Source: Limisphaerales bacterium
Lineage (GTDB): Bacteria > Verrucomicrobiota > Verrucomicrobiia > Limisphaerales > JAJOIW01
DNA length: 64,000 nt
Assembly (NCBI GenBank): GCA_965657355.1
Contig: CBFHOE010000002.1
Span: forward strand, 411,856 to 475,855
Direction: 5' to 3'
Under the pieces are notes generated by a model that was not told the origin of the DNA, searched no databases, and worked only from the letters and a program-made list of their open reading frames with translations. Position numbers and translations under genes: made by a program. Positions 1 to 8,149 of the stretch are shown here, piece after piece. Position 1 is the stretch's first letter. Every line of letters starts with the position of its first letter.

Positions 1-189
1 TTACTATTGGGTGAAATCGATAAAAATGTCGACCCAGCCTCGACCATGCAGGTGGTCGAGGCTCTGATCACTGCAAATAAGGATTTCGATATGCTGGTGA
101 TGCCAAATGTTGGGCACGGCGCTGCAGGGACGCGCTACGGGTGGAACAAATTAAGATCTTTCTTTAAGGAAAAGATTCTCGATCTTTGA
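1..189 (+). CDS. C-terminal fragment of an S9-family serine peptidase (prolyl oligopeptidase/DPP-IV-like), truncated by the window edge
   Basis: The frame is open to position 1. The tail ...GEIDKNVD...ALITANKDFDMLVMPNVGHG... matches the pattern around the catalytic Asp/His at S9 alpha/beta-hydrolase C-termini. Confidence 0.6.
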   Translation, partial: LLLGEIDKNVDPASTMQVVEALITANKDFDMLVMPNVGHGAAGTRYGWNKLRSFFKEKILDL

Positions 190-336
190 GTTGGAAAAAT
201 AAATACAACCACCAGTTTACCGGTCGATAATATTCTATTTGCGATTCCAGGTATGGCCTTCTCATTCAATACAAATTCCACTTAGAATTCTAAGTTTTAT
301 TTATCGATTGCACTTTGAGTGCTCGATCATTTAAAC

Positions 337-371
337 AAAAAAACCTCGAGTGTATCACATCGAGGTTTTTT
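337..371. terminator. Bidirectional rho-independent terminator between convergent genes
   Basis: An A-run (337-343) precedes the stem CCTCGA (344-349) / TCGAGG (360-365), which is followed by a T-run (366-371). It sits between the peptidase 3' end and the pseudopilin 3' end. Confidence 0.75.
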
Positions 372-391
372 CATATTCATTTGAAAAAATT

Positions 392-772
392 TTATTCAGT
401 GGCGGTGTATATTTTAGTTCCCGCCTTGATATCTCCTATTGGATTTTCGCTGACAGCATATGGCTCTTGACCAATAGCCTCGACATGGTAAGTCTCGCCA
501 GCGGCTGGGGTGGGCATTTTCGATCCTTTGAGGTAGGCGGAAATCTCCTCTTCCGTTGGAACATCCCCTTCATTCTTTTTGTTGTCCACCGCCCAGGACA
601 TTTTCGCGGTGTCGATCAATCTCAGGTTTGACTTGATGACGCCGATTTTGGCACTGCCCATCTGCTTTGTGAAGTTTGGTGCAGCCATAGCGACAAGCAT
701 AGCGATGATGCCGACGACGATCATGATCTCGATGAGGGTAAATGCTCCTCTTTTGTTAAAAGATATGTTCAT
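392..772 (-). CDS. Prepilin-type N-terminal cleavage/methylation domain protein (type II secretion/type IV pilin-like pseudopilin)
   Basis: The N-terminus MNISFNKRGAFTLIEIMIVVGIIAMLVAMAAPNF carries the class III signal (FTLIE with Glu at +5, hydrophobic helix). The protein is small, 126 aa. Confidence 0.85.
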   Translation of the reverse strand: MNISFNKRGAFTLIEIMIVVGIIAMLVAMAAPNFTKQMGSAKIGVIKSNLRLIDTAKMSWAVDNKKNEGDVPTEEEISAYLKGSKMPTPAAGETYHVEAIGQEPYAVSENPIGDIKAGTKIYTATE

Positions 773-1097
773 AATTTTGTTTTGATTAAATCTGTGTTTC
801 CTAGAGCTGCAAAATATTCGGACAAGTCATCGAATAACAAACTCTCCAATCGATATCGGCAGCCCTCTCAATGACCTAAAGTTAGACATTATGTCTATTT
901 TTTGGCCTACTTATCATAAACACTTGCAATAAGAATATGTTGCGAAATTTTATTAAAAATAAAATTATTTTTAGAAGAAAATAATGCCTAATTCCTAGGC
1001 ATCAAGACAGTGGTTTCAGCATATTATTGACACGTCTTTCAAAAAATAACGAATTTGATTGAGAAATGGGCTTAAAACCAGATAGTTTCAGCGGCCG

Positions 1098-2420
1098 ATG
1101 GATAGAGTAAATGTGGCAATAATTGGTGGAGGCGTCGTTGGAGGAGGTGTTTTTAAAGCAATCTCTGAAAATGGGCATCTCATTGCTGCTCGTTGTGGTT
1201 GCCAATTGGTCGTCAACCATGTTGTCGTCAAAAACCCCAATAAGAAAAGAAACGTAAAAATACCAGCTAGAAAAATTTCCACCAATTGGGAGGAAGCTAT
1301 TTTGGATCCCAAAACAGATTTGGTGGTTGAATTAGTTGGTGGAACCGATATTGCCGCAAAAATTGTTGAAACGGCTATTCGGAATCGCAAACCAGTGATA
1401 ACGGCAAACAAAGCCTTGCTATCAGCTAAAGGATCCCGTTTATTCCGACTCACGGAAAAATTTGAAACTCCCATCTATTTTGAAGCAAGTGTCGCCGGAG
1501 GCATCCCGATTATAAAGGTTTTAAGCGAATCTATGATTGGTAACCGCATATCCGAGATCTATGCCATTGCAAACGGAACCTGTAACTACATTCTCACTAA
1601 GATGGCCCAGGAGGGCCGTGATTTCGAAGAAGTCCTCAAGGAAGCTCAGGATCTTGGATATGCCGAGGCTGAACCCTCATTGGATGTGGATGGATTCGAT
1701 GCCATGCACAAAGTGGGTATCATGGGTTCCATTATCTCGGGCTTCTGGGTATCAGAAAAATCAATTTTTGTTAAAGGAATCAGAAGCATTAGTCCCATAG
1801 ATCTAAAATTCGCAGACTGGCTCGGATATAAAATTAAGCTAATAGGAAAAATAAAGTGCCACTCCGATAAAAATAGTTCTAACTTGGGTAATCCTAGGCT
1901 AGAATTATCAGTAGAGCCTACACTGGTTCCTAAATCACACGTCCTGGCAAACGTGGATGGTGTTTTTAATGCGGTATTTGTCAAAGGAGATATTATAGGT
2001 GAGTCTTTGTATTATGGACAAGGTGCAGGGCAAGATGCCACAGCAAGTTCTGTGATCAGTGATATAGTCGATGCCGCTAAGCAGTTAGGTTCGGGGACCA
2101 AGAAAAGATTTTCTCAGTTCGTTCCCTTTTCTGGCTCAGGCGAGATCATTAGCCATCAGGAAGTGGTTGCTAATTACTTCATCCGGTTGGAGGTTGTCAA
2201 CAAATCTGGAACCATGGCAAAAGTTACAGATATACTGGCAAAACATAAAATAGGTATATCAAGTTGCATGCAGCCTGAAGACCATGAGGGGAGCATAGTC
2301 CCGCTTATGCTCATGATAGATCAAGCCCCGTATTCGATTTTCCAAAAGGCATTGAAGGAATTGTCCAAGCTTTCGGTTGTAAAGGCAAAACCAGTATCAT
2401 TTAGAGTGGGTGCGTTTTAA
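1098..2420 (+). CDS. hom: Homoserine dehydrogenase
   Basis: It has an N-terminal NAD-binding motif VAIIGGGVVGGGV, the catalytic-domain motif NGTCNYILTKM and LGYAEAEPSLDVDG, and a C-terminal ACT-like region. It lies directly upstream of thrC. Confidence 0.9.
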   Translation: MDRVNVAIIGGGVVGGGVFKAISENGHLIAARCGCQLVVNHVVVKNPNKKRNVKIPARKISTNWEEAILDPKTDLVVELVGGTDIAAKIVETAIRNRKPVITANKALLSAKGSRLFRLTEKFETPIYFEASVAGGIPIIKVLSESMIGNRISEIYAIANGTCNYILTKMAQEGRDFEEVLKEAQDLGYAEAEPSLDVDGFDAMHKVGIMGSIISGFWVSEKSIFVKGIRSISPIDLKFADWLGYKIKLIGKIKCHSDKNSSNLGNPRLELSVEPTLVPKSHVLANVDGVFNAVFVKGDIIGESLYYGQGAGQDATASSVISDIVDAAKQLGSGTKKRFSQFVPFSGSGEIISHQEVVANYFIRLEVVNKSGTMAKVTDILAKHKIGISSCMQPEDHEGSIVPLMLMIDQAPYSIFQKALKELSKLSVVKAKPVSFRVGAF

Positions 2421-2493
2421 ATCTGTTGATTCAATAACTCAATTTAATTTATTTTAATATGGGGCTCGAAATAATTACCAAGGATAGATGTAG

Positions 2494-3573
2494 ATGAATA
2501 AAGCACCTAACGCATGGCAAGGAATCGTCAGAGAATATGCGGAACACCTTCCAATTACAGATTCAACTCCAATTATTACGCTCCAAGAGGGAAATACGCC
2601 GTTAATCCCGGTTCCCAATTTCGTGGACAAAATCGGGGGAAAATTTTCACTATTTGTTAAATTTGAGGGGCTAAATCCTACGTGTTCTTTTAAGGACAGA
2701 GGCATGACAATGGCTATGTCTAAAGCTGCGGAACGCGGGGCAAAAGTAGCGGTTTGTGCGAGCACGGGAAATACCTCAGCAGCGGCGGCGGCATACGCAT
2801 CGAGAGCGGGTATAAAGTGCGCAGTCCTGATACCGGACGGTAAAATTGCATTAGGCAAACTGGCTCAGGCTCTGATGTATGGAGCTCAAACTGTCGCTAT
2901 TGAAGGAAACTTTGATCAGGCCTTGGAAATAGTGAGAGAGCTGGGTCAAGATTCGGATATAGAAATCGTCAATAGCATCAACCCATTCAGAATCGAGGGC
3001 CAAAAAACAGCCTCTTTCGAAATATGTGACCAGCTTGGAAGAGCGCCTGATTTTCATTTTACCCCAGTAGGTAACGCAGGAAACATTACTGCCTATTGGA
3101 AAGGGTTCAAAGAATACCACTCGTTAGGAAAAATATCCTCTCTACCAAAAATGGTTGGCTTTCAAGCTGCTGGAGCAGCCCCAATCGTCCATGGCTCTCC
3201 AGTTGAAAACCCTGAAACCTTGGCGACAGCCATCCGTATCGGGAACCCGGCAAGCTGGAAAAAGGCAGAGGAAGCCCGCGACGAATCCACAGGTCTCATT
3301 AATGCTGTTACCGACGATGAAATTTTGAATGCTTACAAGCTGATTTCTCAGACAGAGGGAATTTTGGCGGAGCCAGCTTCCGCAGCATCTCTTGCTGGCG
3401 TTATAAAAATTTCTCAAGAATCCCCAGATTTGATTCCAGCCGACTCGATCATTACAGCAACTCTGACCGGGCACGGATTAAAAGATCCGGATATAGCCAT
3501 CGAAGCTGCTGGTTTTCAGCCGATCAGGACACAAGCTACCTATGAAGCTGTATCGAAAGTTCTCAAGTCATAA
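2494..3573 (+). CDS. thrC: Threonine synthase (short form)
   Basis: It carries the PLP-lysine motif CSFKDRGMT, STGNTSAAAAAY and a fold-type II PLP enzyme layout. It follows hom. Confidence 0.9.
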   Translation: MNKAPNAWQGIVREYAEHLPITDSTPIITLQEGNTPLIPVPNFVDKIGGKFSLFVKFEGLNPTCSFKDRGMTMAMSKAAERGAKVAVCASTGNTSAAAAAYASRAGIKCAVLIPDGKIALGKLAQALMYGAQTVAIEGNFDQALEIVRELGQDSDIEIVNSINPFRIEGQKTASFEICDQLGRAPDFHFTPVGNAGNITAYWKGFKEYHSLGKISSLPKMVGFQAAGAAPIVHGSPVENPETLATAIRIGNPASWKKAEEARDESTGLINAVTDDEILNAYKLISQTEGILAEPASAASLAGVIKISQESPDLIPADSIITATLTGHGLKDPDIAIEAAGFQPIRTQATYEAVSKVLKS

Positions 3574-3641
3574 TCCCCCAGCCTTTTTTCCAGACATTTT
3601 GGGCATAGCTCTATAATACGATCAGCATTGATCTTTCTGAA

Positions 3642-3651
3642 TACACGTGTA
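3642..3651. promoter_or_regulatory. Candidate BlaI-family operator (perfect palindrome TACACGTGTA)
   Basis: A 10-bp perfect palindrome lies 42 nt upstream of the blaI-like GTG start. BlaI/MecI operators are TACA/TGTA dyads. A second dyad, GTCTAT(3660-3665)-N11-ATAGAC(3677-3682), and a TATAAT hexamer at 3612-3617 are nearby. Confidence 0.45.
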
Positions 3652-3692
3652 ATCTTTATGTCTATAAGCTCAATTCATAGACAAGGATCAAG

Positions 3693-4070
3693 GTGAAAAT
3701 TACATCTCCCAAAATATCTGAATCGGAGTGGAAAATAATGAAAATACTGTGGCGTAAATCTCCACAGCCGGCCTTTGACATAGCAGAAGAGCTTAGCAAG
3801 ACTGAAGACTGGGACATACGGACAATCAAAACCTTTTTGAGCCGCCTCGTAAAAAAAGGAGCACTTTCATACAAGAAATATAAAAATCTATATTTGTATT
3901 TTCCTGTAATTTCTGAGGAAAGCACCAAAAACCATCAGGGTGAGTCTTTCCTTAATCAAGTTTTTGATGGATCTTTAAAAGAGATGTTTGTGCATTTCGC
4001 TAAATCGAAAAATATGAGCACAAAAGATCTCGATAAGATTAGAAAAATTGTGGAAGAAATGGAGGAGTAA
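3693..4070 (+). CDS. BlaI/MecI/CopY-family winged-helix transcriptional repressor
   Basis: The sequence ISESEWKIMKILWRKSP...DIAEEL...WDIRTIKTFLSRLVKKGAL is typical of the BlaI penicillinase-repressor family. The start is GTG. The stop abuts the ATG of the M56 peptidase gene (TAAATG). Confidence 0.85.
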   Translation: MKITSPKISESEWKIMKILWRKSPQPAFDIAEELSKTEDWDIRTIKTFLSRLVKKGALSYKKYKNLYLYFPVISEESTKNHQGESFLNQVFDGSLKEMFVHFAKSKNMSTKDLDKIRKIVEEMEE

Positions 4071-5171
4071 ATGTCATTTGGTGGTCTGGTTGAATTAATC
4101 TGCGAGACCTTGGTTAACATTTCTTGGCAAGCGACATTGCTGGGGATTATCGTCGTCACAACTCAATTTGTTTTTTCAAAGTGTCTGAGACCTGAAATAA
4201 GTTCACTGCTTTGGCTTGTCTTGCTGATTAGACTTATTCTTGTGAGCGGGCCAGAATCGTCAATGAGCATCAGCAATTATACTGGCGTTCAATTTCCTGA
4301 TGCTGAGGGGCCGGGGCCAGCGCTTTGGGAAGGACCTGGTGATGCTCCCGAGTTATTGGACCTGGAATATTTTATTATCAGAGGTTTATCTACTATCTGG
4401 CTAGTTGGTGTGATAATTGGTTTTTTCAAGTGGCTTGAGATAAAGATTTTTTGGCATAAGCAATTTAAGAAAACTCAGCTTGTTGGAAATCCCGAGATTC
4501 TGAATGCTCTAGCAGACGCTGAGATAGAACTGGAAACTGAACCGCAAGTGACAATTGTTCACAGCCAAATAGTTCAAAGCCCAACTCTTTATGGTGTCTA
4601 TAAACCAAGGCTGATTATACCCACAGGTATGATGGATAAACTCACACCAATACAGTGGAAGCTGATCTTCAGACATGAGGTTGCGCATATAAAGAGATTC
4701 GATATTCTCACAGTCAACCTGATCGGAATCATGCATATTTTACATTGGTTCAATCCGATTCTTAGGTGGCTTTTGACTAAAATTTTGGCGGATATTGAAC
4801 TAGCAGCGGATTCGATCGCTCTGAAAAATGCCTCTAAGGGGGAGCAAAAATTATATGCCAGGACTCTTTTGAAATTCGTAGAATGCCAATCTGCAAAATA
4901 TACCTGGAATCAACCGTTGAGAGTTTGCTTTTGGAATTCAGAAAACCACTTAATCAGCCGTTTTCACAATATTTCAGGTGATCAAAAAAAAGTTCAAACG
5001 AGTATTGCCGCGGGCACGGCTCTGGTTATTTTTTTAATACTTACAGGATTAACGGATCCCGTTTTTCCTCGCCCCATACAGCCGATGAGCTTTGACTCCA
5101 TTAGAGTCATATCAGAATGGAAAAACGTCCCGGAAAACCATGAAGACTGGCGTGGGCAGCCGAGCAACTGA
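4071..5171 (+). CDS. BlaR1-like M56-family membrane metalloprotease (signal transducer partner of BlaI)
   Basis: It has N-terminal TM helices and a zinc motif HEVAH in FRHEVAHIKRFD. It is coupled to the blaI-like gene. There is only a short C-terminal extracytoplasmic tail and no penicillin-binding sensor domain is visible. Confidence 0.8.
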   Translation: MSFGGLVELICETLVNISWQATLLGIIVVTTQFVFSKCLRPEISSLLWLVLLIRLILVSGPESSMSISNYTGVQFPDAEGPGPALWEGPGDAPELLDLEYFIIRGLSTIWLVGVIIGFFKWLEIKIFWHKQFKKTQLVGNPEILNALADAEIELETEPQVTIVHSQIVQSPTLYGVYKPRLIIPTGMMDKLTPIQWKLIFRHEVAHIKRFDILTVNLIGIMHILHWFNPILRWLLTKILADIELAADSIALKNASKGEQKLYARTLLKFVECQSAKYTWNQPLRVCFWNSENHLISRFHNISGDQKKVQTSIAAGTALVIFLILTGLTDPVFPRPIQPMSFDSIRVISEWKNVPENHEDWRGQPSN

Positions 5172-5172
5172 G

Positions 5173-5337
5173 TTATTTTTGGGTAAGAAATAGGATAAGT
5201 CCTAAAATGGCAGAGGTGATAAAGCCGACAGCTAAGGCAACAAGCTGAAATTGCCTGCGTTTTTGCCTATTGAGTTTCCCCATTCCAGGCAAAAGATAAT
5301 ATCTATTTTCATCTCTGGATTTTTTACCTCCAAACAT
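5173..5337 (-). CDS. Possible small membrane protein (54 aa), not in the ORF track
   Basis: Hand translation gives MFGGKKSRDENRYYLLPGMGKLNRQKRRQFQLVALAVGFITSAILGLILFLTQK. This is a basic N-terminus followed by one clear TM helix. No SD sequence is visible. Confidence 0.25.
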   Translation of the reverse strand: MFGGKKSRDENRYYLLPGMGKLNRQKRRQFQLVALAVGFITSAILGLILFLTQK

Positions 5338-5411
5338 TGAATGTTCTTTATAGGAGCAATGAGACTTTTTGACAAGTCAGGGAATTAAAACGACTTCCTT
5401 CCAGTGGTAAA

Positions 5412-6794
5412 TTAGACAAATTTACCAGGATTGAGGATATTATTTGGATCGAGCGCTGATTTTATTTTCTTATGTAATTCTCTTGATTCGCACGAAGTGG
5501 CAACATCCCACCAAGGCATTTTAGCCAAACCGATACCATGCTCACCTGTGACGACCCCACCCATCTTGACAACCCAATTAAAGAGTTCATCCAATGCAGC
5601 ATCTTGCTTCTCTACCTGTTTTGAATCTTCCATATCCACCATGAGATTGACATGAATGTTGCCATCACCGGCATGGCCAAAACAAGCTACTGGAATTCCA
5701 TGTTTCTTCTGTAGCTTTGAAGCAAAGCGAAATAATTTTTCAAGGGCTCCCCTTGGTACAGTAATATCCTCATTTAATTTCTTGAGCCCAGTATCTCTCA
5801 AACTATAGGAGAATTCTCTTCTGAGTTGCCATAACTTCTCCATGTTGTCGACTCCCATTGCTTTATCAATCCATAGGTGGGGCATTTCTTTCAATCGTCT
5901 CACCAGCTCCTGGAGTTCGCTTTTCACGGACTTTTCATGACCATCCAACTCAAGAATGATGTGAGCTTTGCAGCCATCAAAAGCTTTATTACCTGTTCTC
6001 TTCCTGGCCGCGGCCAAAGTGAATTCATCTGCAACTTCCAAAGCAGCCGGAAGATATCCCCAGGAAAAAACAGACCTGATAAAATGAGCCGCATCTTTCA
6101 TTGTTGAAAACCCTATGGAAAGTCCACCATTAAATGACGGCAAAGGTAAGAGTTTTAGTGTTGCTTCGGTAACAACACCAAGTAAACCCTCTGATCCTAC
6201 GAAGAATCGAGAGAGATCAAATCCGGTTTTGTTTTTATGCGTTCTGCTGCCTAAGCGATTTATGGTCCCATCAGCCAGAACGATTTCAAGCCCAAGAACA
6301 TAGTCTCTGGTAACTCCGTATTTAAGACATTTGGGGCCTCCAGCATTTGTAGCGATGTTCCCACCAAGAGAGCAATCTTTACGACTTGCGGGGTCAGGCG
6401 GGTAGTATAACCCTTTACTCATGACACGCGTTTGAAGCTTCGATGTTTTGACGCCCGGCTGAACTCTTGCAATGAAATCCTTGGTATTGATTTCCAAGAT
6501 TTTATTCATCTTATCAAGGGAAATAACGATTCCCCCCTTTACGGGAACGCAGCCTCCGACGTATCCGTATCCAGCACCTCGAGGGGTCACTGGGATGTGA
6601 TACTTATTCGCAAGTTTGAGAGCTGCTGAAATGGACGCTGTTGTCTTTGGCCTCAAAACAAGCTCAGGGGTTTGATGGGCGAACCATTTGTCTCCACCAA
6701 ATTGTTGGCACAATGAATCCCCGGTGAGTATTTCATCACTGGGTAAATTTGATTTGAACGATTTGAGCCGGGCTGGGGACAGAAATTTTCTCAC
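5412..6794 (-). CDS. FAD-linked oxidase (GlcD / D-lactate dehydrogenase family)
   Basis: It has an FAD-binding PCMH-type domain (PVTPRGAGYGYVGG, GGNIATNAGG) and a C-terminal FAD-oxidase domain (GHAGDGNIHVN, GEHGIG). Confidence 0.8.
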   Translation of the reverse strand: MRKFLSPARLKSFKSNLPSDEILTGDSLCQQFGGDKWFAHQTPELVLRPKTTASISAALKLANKYHIPVTPRGAGYGYVGGCVPVKGGIVISLDKMNKILEINTKDFIARVQPGVKTSKLQTRVMSKGLYYPPDPASRKDCSLGGNIATNAGGPKCLKYGVTRDYVLGLEIVLADGTINRLGSRTHKNKTGFDLSRFFVGSEGLLGVVTEATLKLLPLPSFNGGLSIGFSTMKDAAHFIRSVFSWGYLPAALEVADEFTLAAARKRTGNKAFDGCKAHIILELDGHEKSVKSELQELVRRLKEMPHLWIDKAMGVDNMEKLWQLRREFSYSLRDTGLKKLNEDITVPRGALEKLFRFASKLQKKHGIPVACFGHAGDGNIHVNLMVDMEDSKQVEKQDAALDELFNWVVKMGGVVTGEHGIGLAKMPWWDVATSCESRELHKKIKSALDPNNILNPGKFV

Positions 6795-6904
6795 GTGTAG
6801 TATTATCTTTTTGATTATACTCCCACGAAAATAAAAAGAGATGTTCGCAGGATCATGGAAACTTCGGTTTCCAAGTCCTAAGATGACGTAAGATGAGGGT
6901 CAAT

Positions 6905-7966
6905 TCAAGCCATGGAGCTGTCTTCTTTGAGATCAGCGAAAACTAATACGCCTGCAGATGTTTGAAGTAGGCTTGAGACCTTGACTTGGGCCATTTGGCC
7001 TAAGAAGTTCAGACCGCGATTGACAACCACCATGGTTCCATCTTCCAAATATCCCACCCCTTGGTCCTTTTCCTTTCCTGCTTTTTGGATTCTCAGATCG
7101 ACCAAGTCCCCAGGACCAAGCTGCTGTCTGAGAGTTCTTGAAAGCTCTTGGATATTTAGGATTTCAACGCCATTGATCTCTGCAATTTTTGCGAGTGTCC
7201 TATCATTTGTGATGATTTTCGACTCGATAACACGCGCAAGTCTGACAAGTTTGGCATCCACAGCATTTTCATCCGAAAAATCCGCCTCATGAACACGAAT
7301 TGAAAGCTTCGGATCTGATTGTGCCTCCTCTAAAAACTCTAGCCCCCTTTTTCCAGACTCACTCTTTGTTTCATCATCGGAGTCTGCTATCCCCTGCAAT
7401 TCATTGAGGACGAATTTAGGAACTAATGCTATGCCATCTAGAAAACCTGCCCTCATCAGAATGAGAAATCTGCCATCAATAATAGAGCACGTATCAAGAA
7501 TGAAATTATTGGTTTTGATTCCCTTTGGGGCAAATCGAACAAATGGGATAAGTAAATAAAAATCTTCTTTATTGCTTTTCAAGGACAACATCATTCCCAA
7601 GTAGCTAAATCCAACAAAAAGAATCAGCTGGATAACCCATCTTATCGGCCCTGGGACATAATCGAATAAGCCTGATGCATTCAGGATGATAGCCGGAAGC
7701 ATCCCGAAAAACATTCCAAAAGTCACCGAGGAAAAAGACCGCAAAGATAATCCTTTGAAATAAAGGTCAATACCTACCCAAAGTGAACCAATCGAAAACC
7801 CATATAACCCACCATGAATTTCAGAAGGAATGATTTCTGGCTGAACTGTTGAAATCGCAAATCCAGTCAACGAACACAAAATAATGAAAATAACTCTAAT
7901 AAACTGCATGCACTTACTCCCAGGTGTAAATCGGCAACTCATGCAACGCCCTTTAGGCATTTCCAT
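6905..7966 (-). CDS. Membrane-anchored PIN + TRAM domain protein (YacL-like)
   Basis: N-terminal TM helices are followed by a PIN-like region (ILDTCSIIDGR...) and a C-terminal TRAM-like region (GDLVDLRIQKAGKEKDQGVGYLEDGTMVVV). The true start is probably the internal Met at 7909 (MQFIRVIF...). Confidence 0.7.
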   Translation of the reverse strand: MEMPKGRCMSCRFTPGSKCMQFIRVIFIILCSLTGFAISTVQPEIIPSEIHGGLYGFSIGSLWVGIDLYFKGLSLRSFSSVTFGMFFGMLPAIILNASGLFDYVPGPIRWVIQLILFVGFSYLGMMLSLKSNKEDFYLLIPFVRFAPKGIKTNNFILDTCSIIDGRFLILMRAGFLDGIALVPKFVLNELQGIADSDDETKSESGKRGLEFLEEAQSDPKLSIRVHEADFSDENAVDAKLVRLARVIESKIITNDRTLAKIAEINGVEILNIQELSRTLRQQLGPGDLVDLRIQKAGKEKDQGVGYLEDGTMVVVNRGLNFLGQMAQVKVSSLLQTSAGVLVFADLKEDSSMA

Positions 7967-8083
7967 GACTCAAAATGGATATACAGCATCCCTTTCACCG
8001 GCAATGAAGACCCACCACAACGAGACATTAGGGTCGCCATGATTACATGATAATATGAGAATACAGTTGAAAAGGGTCAGCAC

Positions 8084-8112
8084 AAAAAAACCGGTGATAT
8101 AAGAATCACCGG
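8084..8112 (-). terminator. Rho-independent terminator after clpC
   Basis: A perfect 8-bp stem CCGGTGAT(8091-8098)/ATCACCGG(8105-8112) is followed on the minus strand by a T7 run (the plus-strand A-run 8084-8090). Confidence 0.8.
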
Positions 8113-8149
8113 CGGAAATTCAATGATGGAAAACTGGAAATGCTAAAAA

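Noticed and set aside
350-785. Plus-strand ORFs 350-631 and 579-785.
   Set aside because: They are antisense to the pseudopilin gene, which has an unmistakable prepilin N-terminus. The first also starts inside the terminator hairpin.
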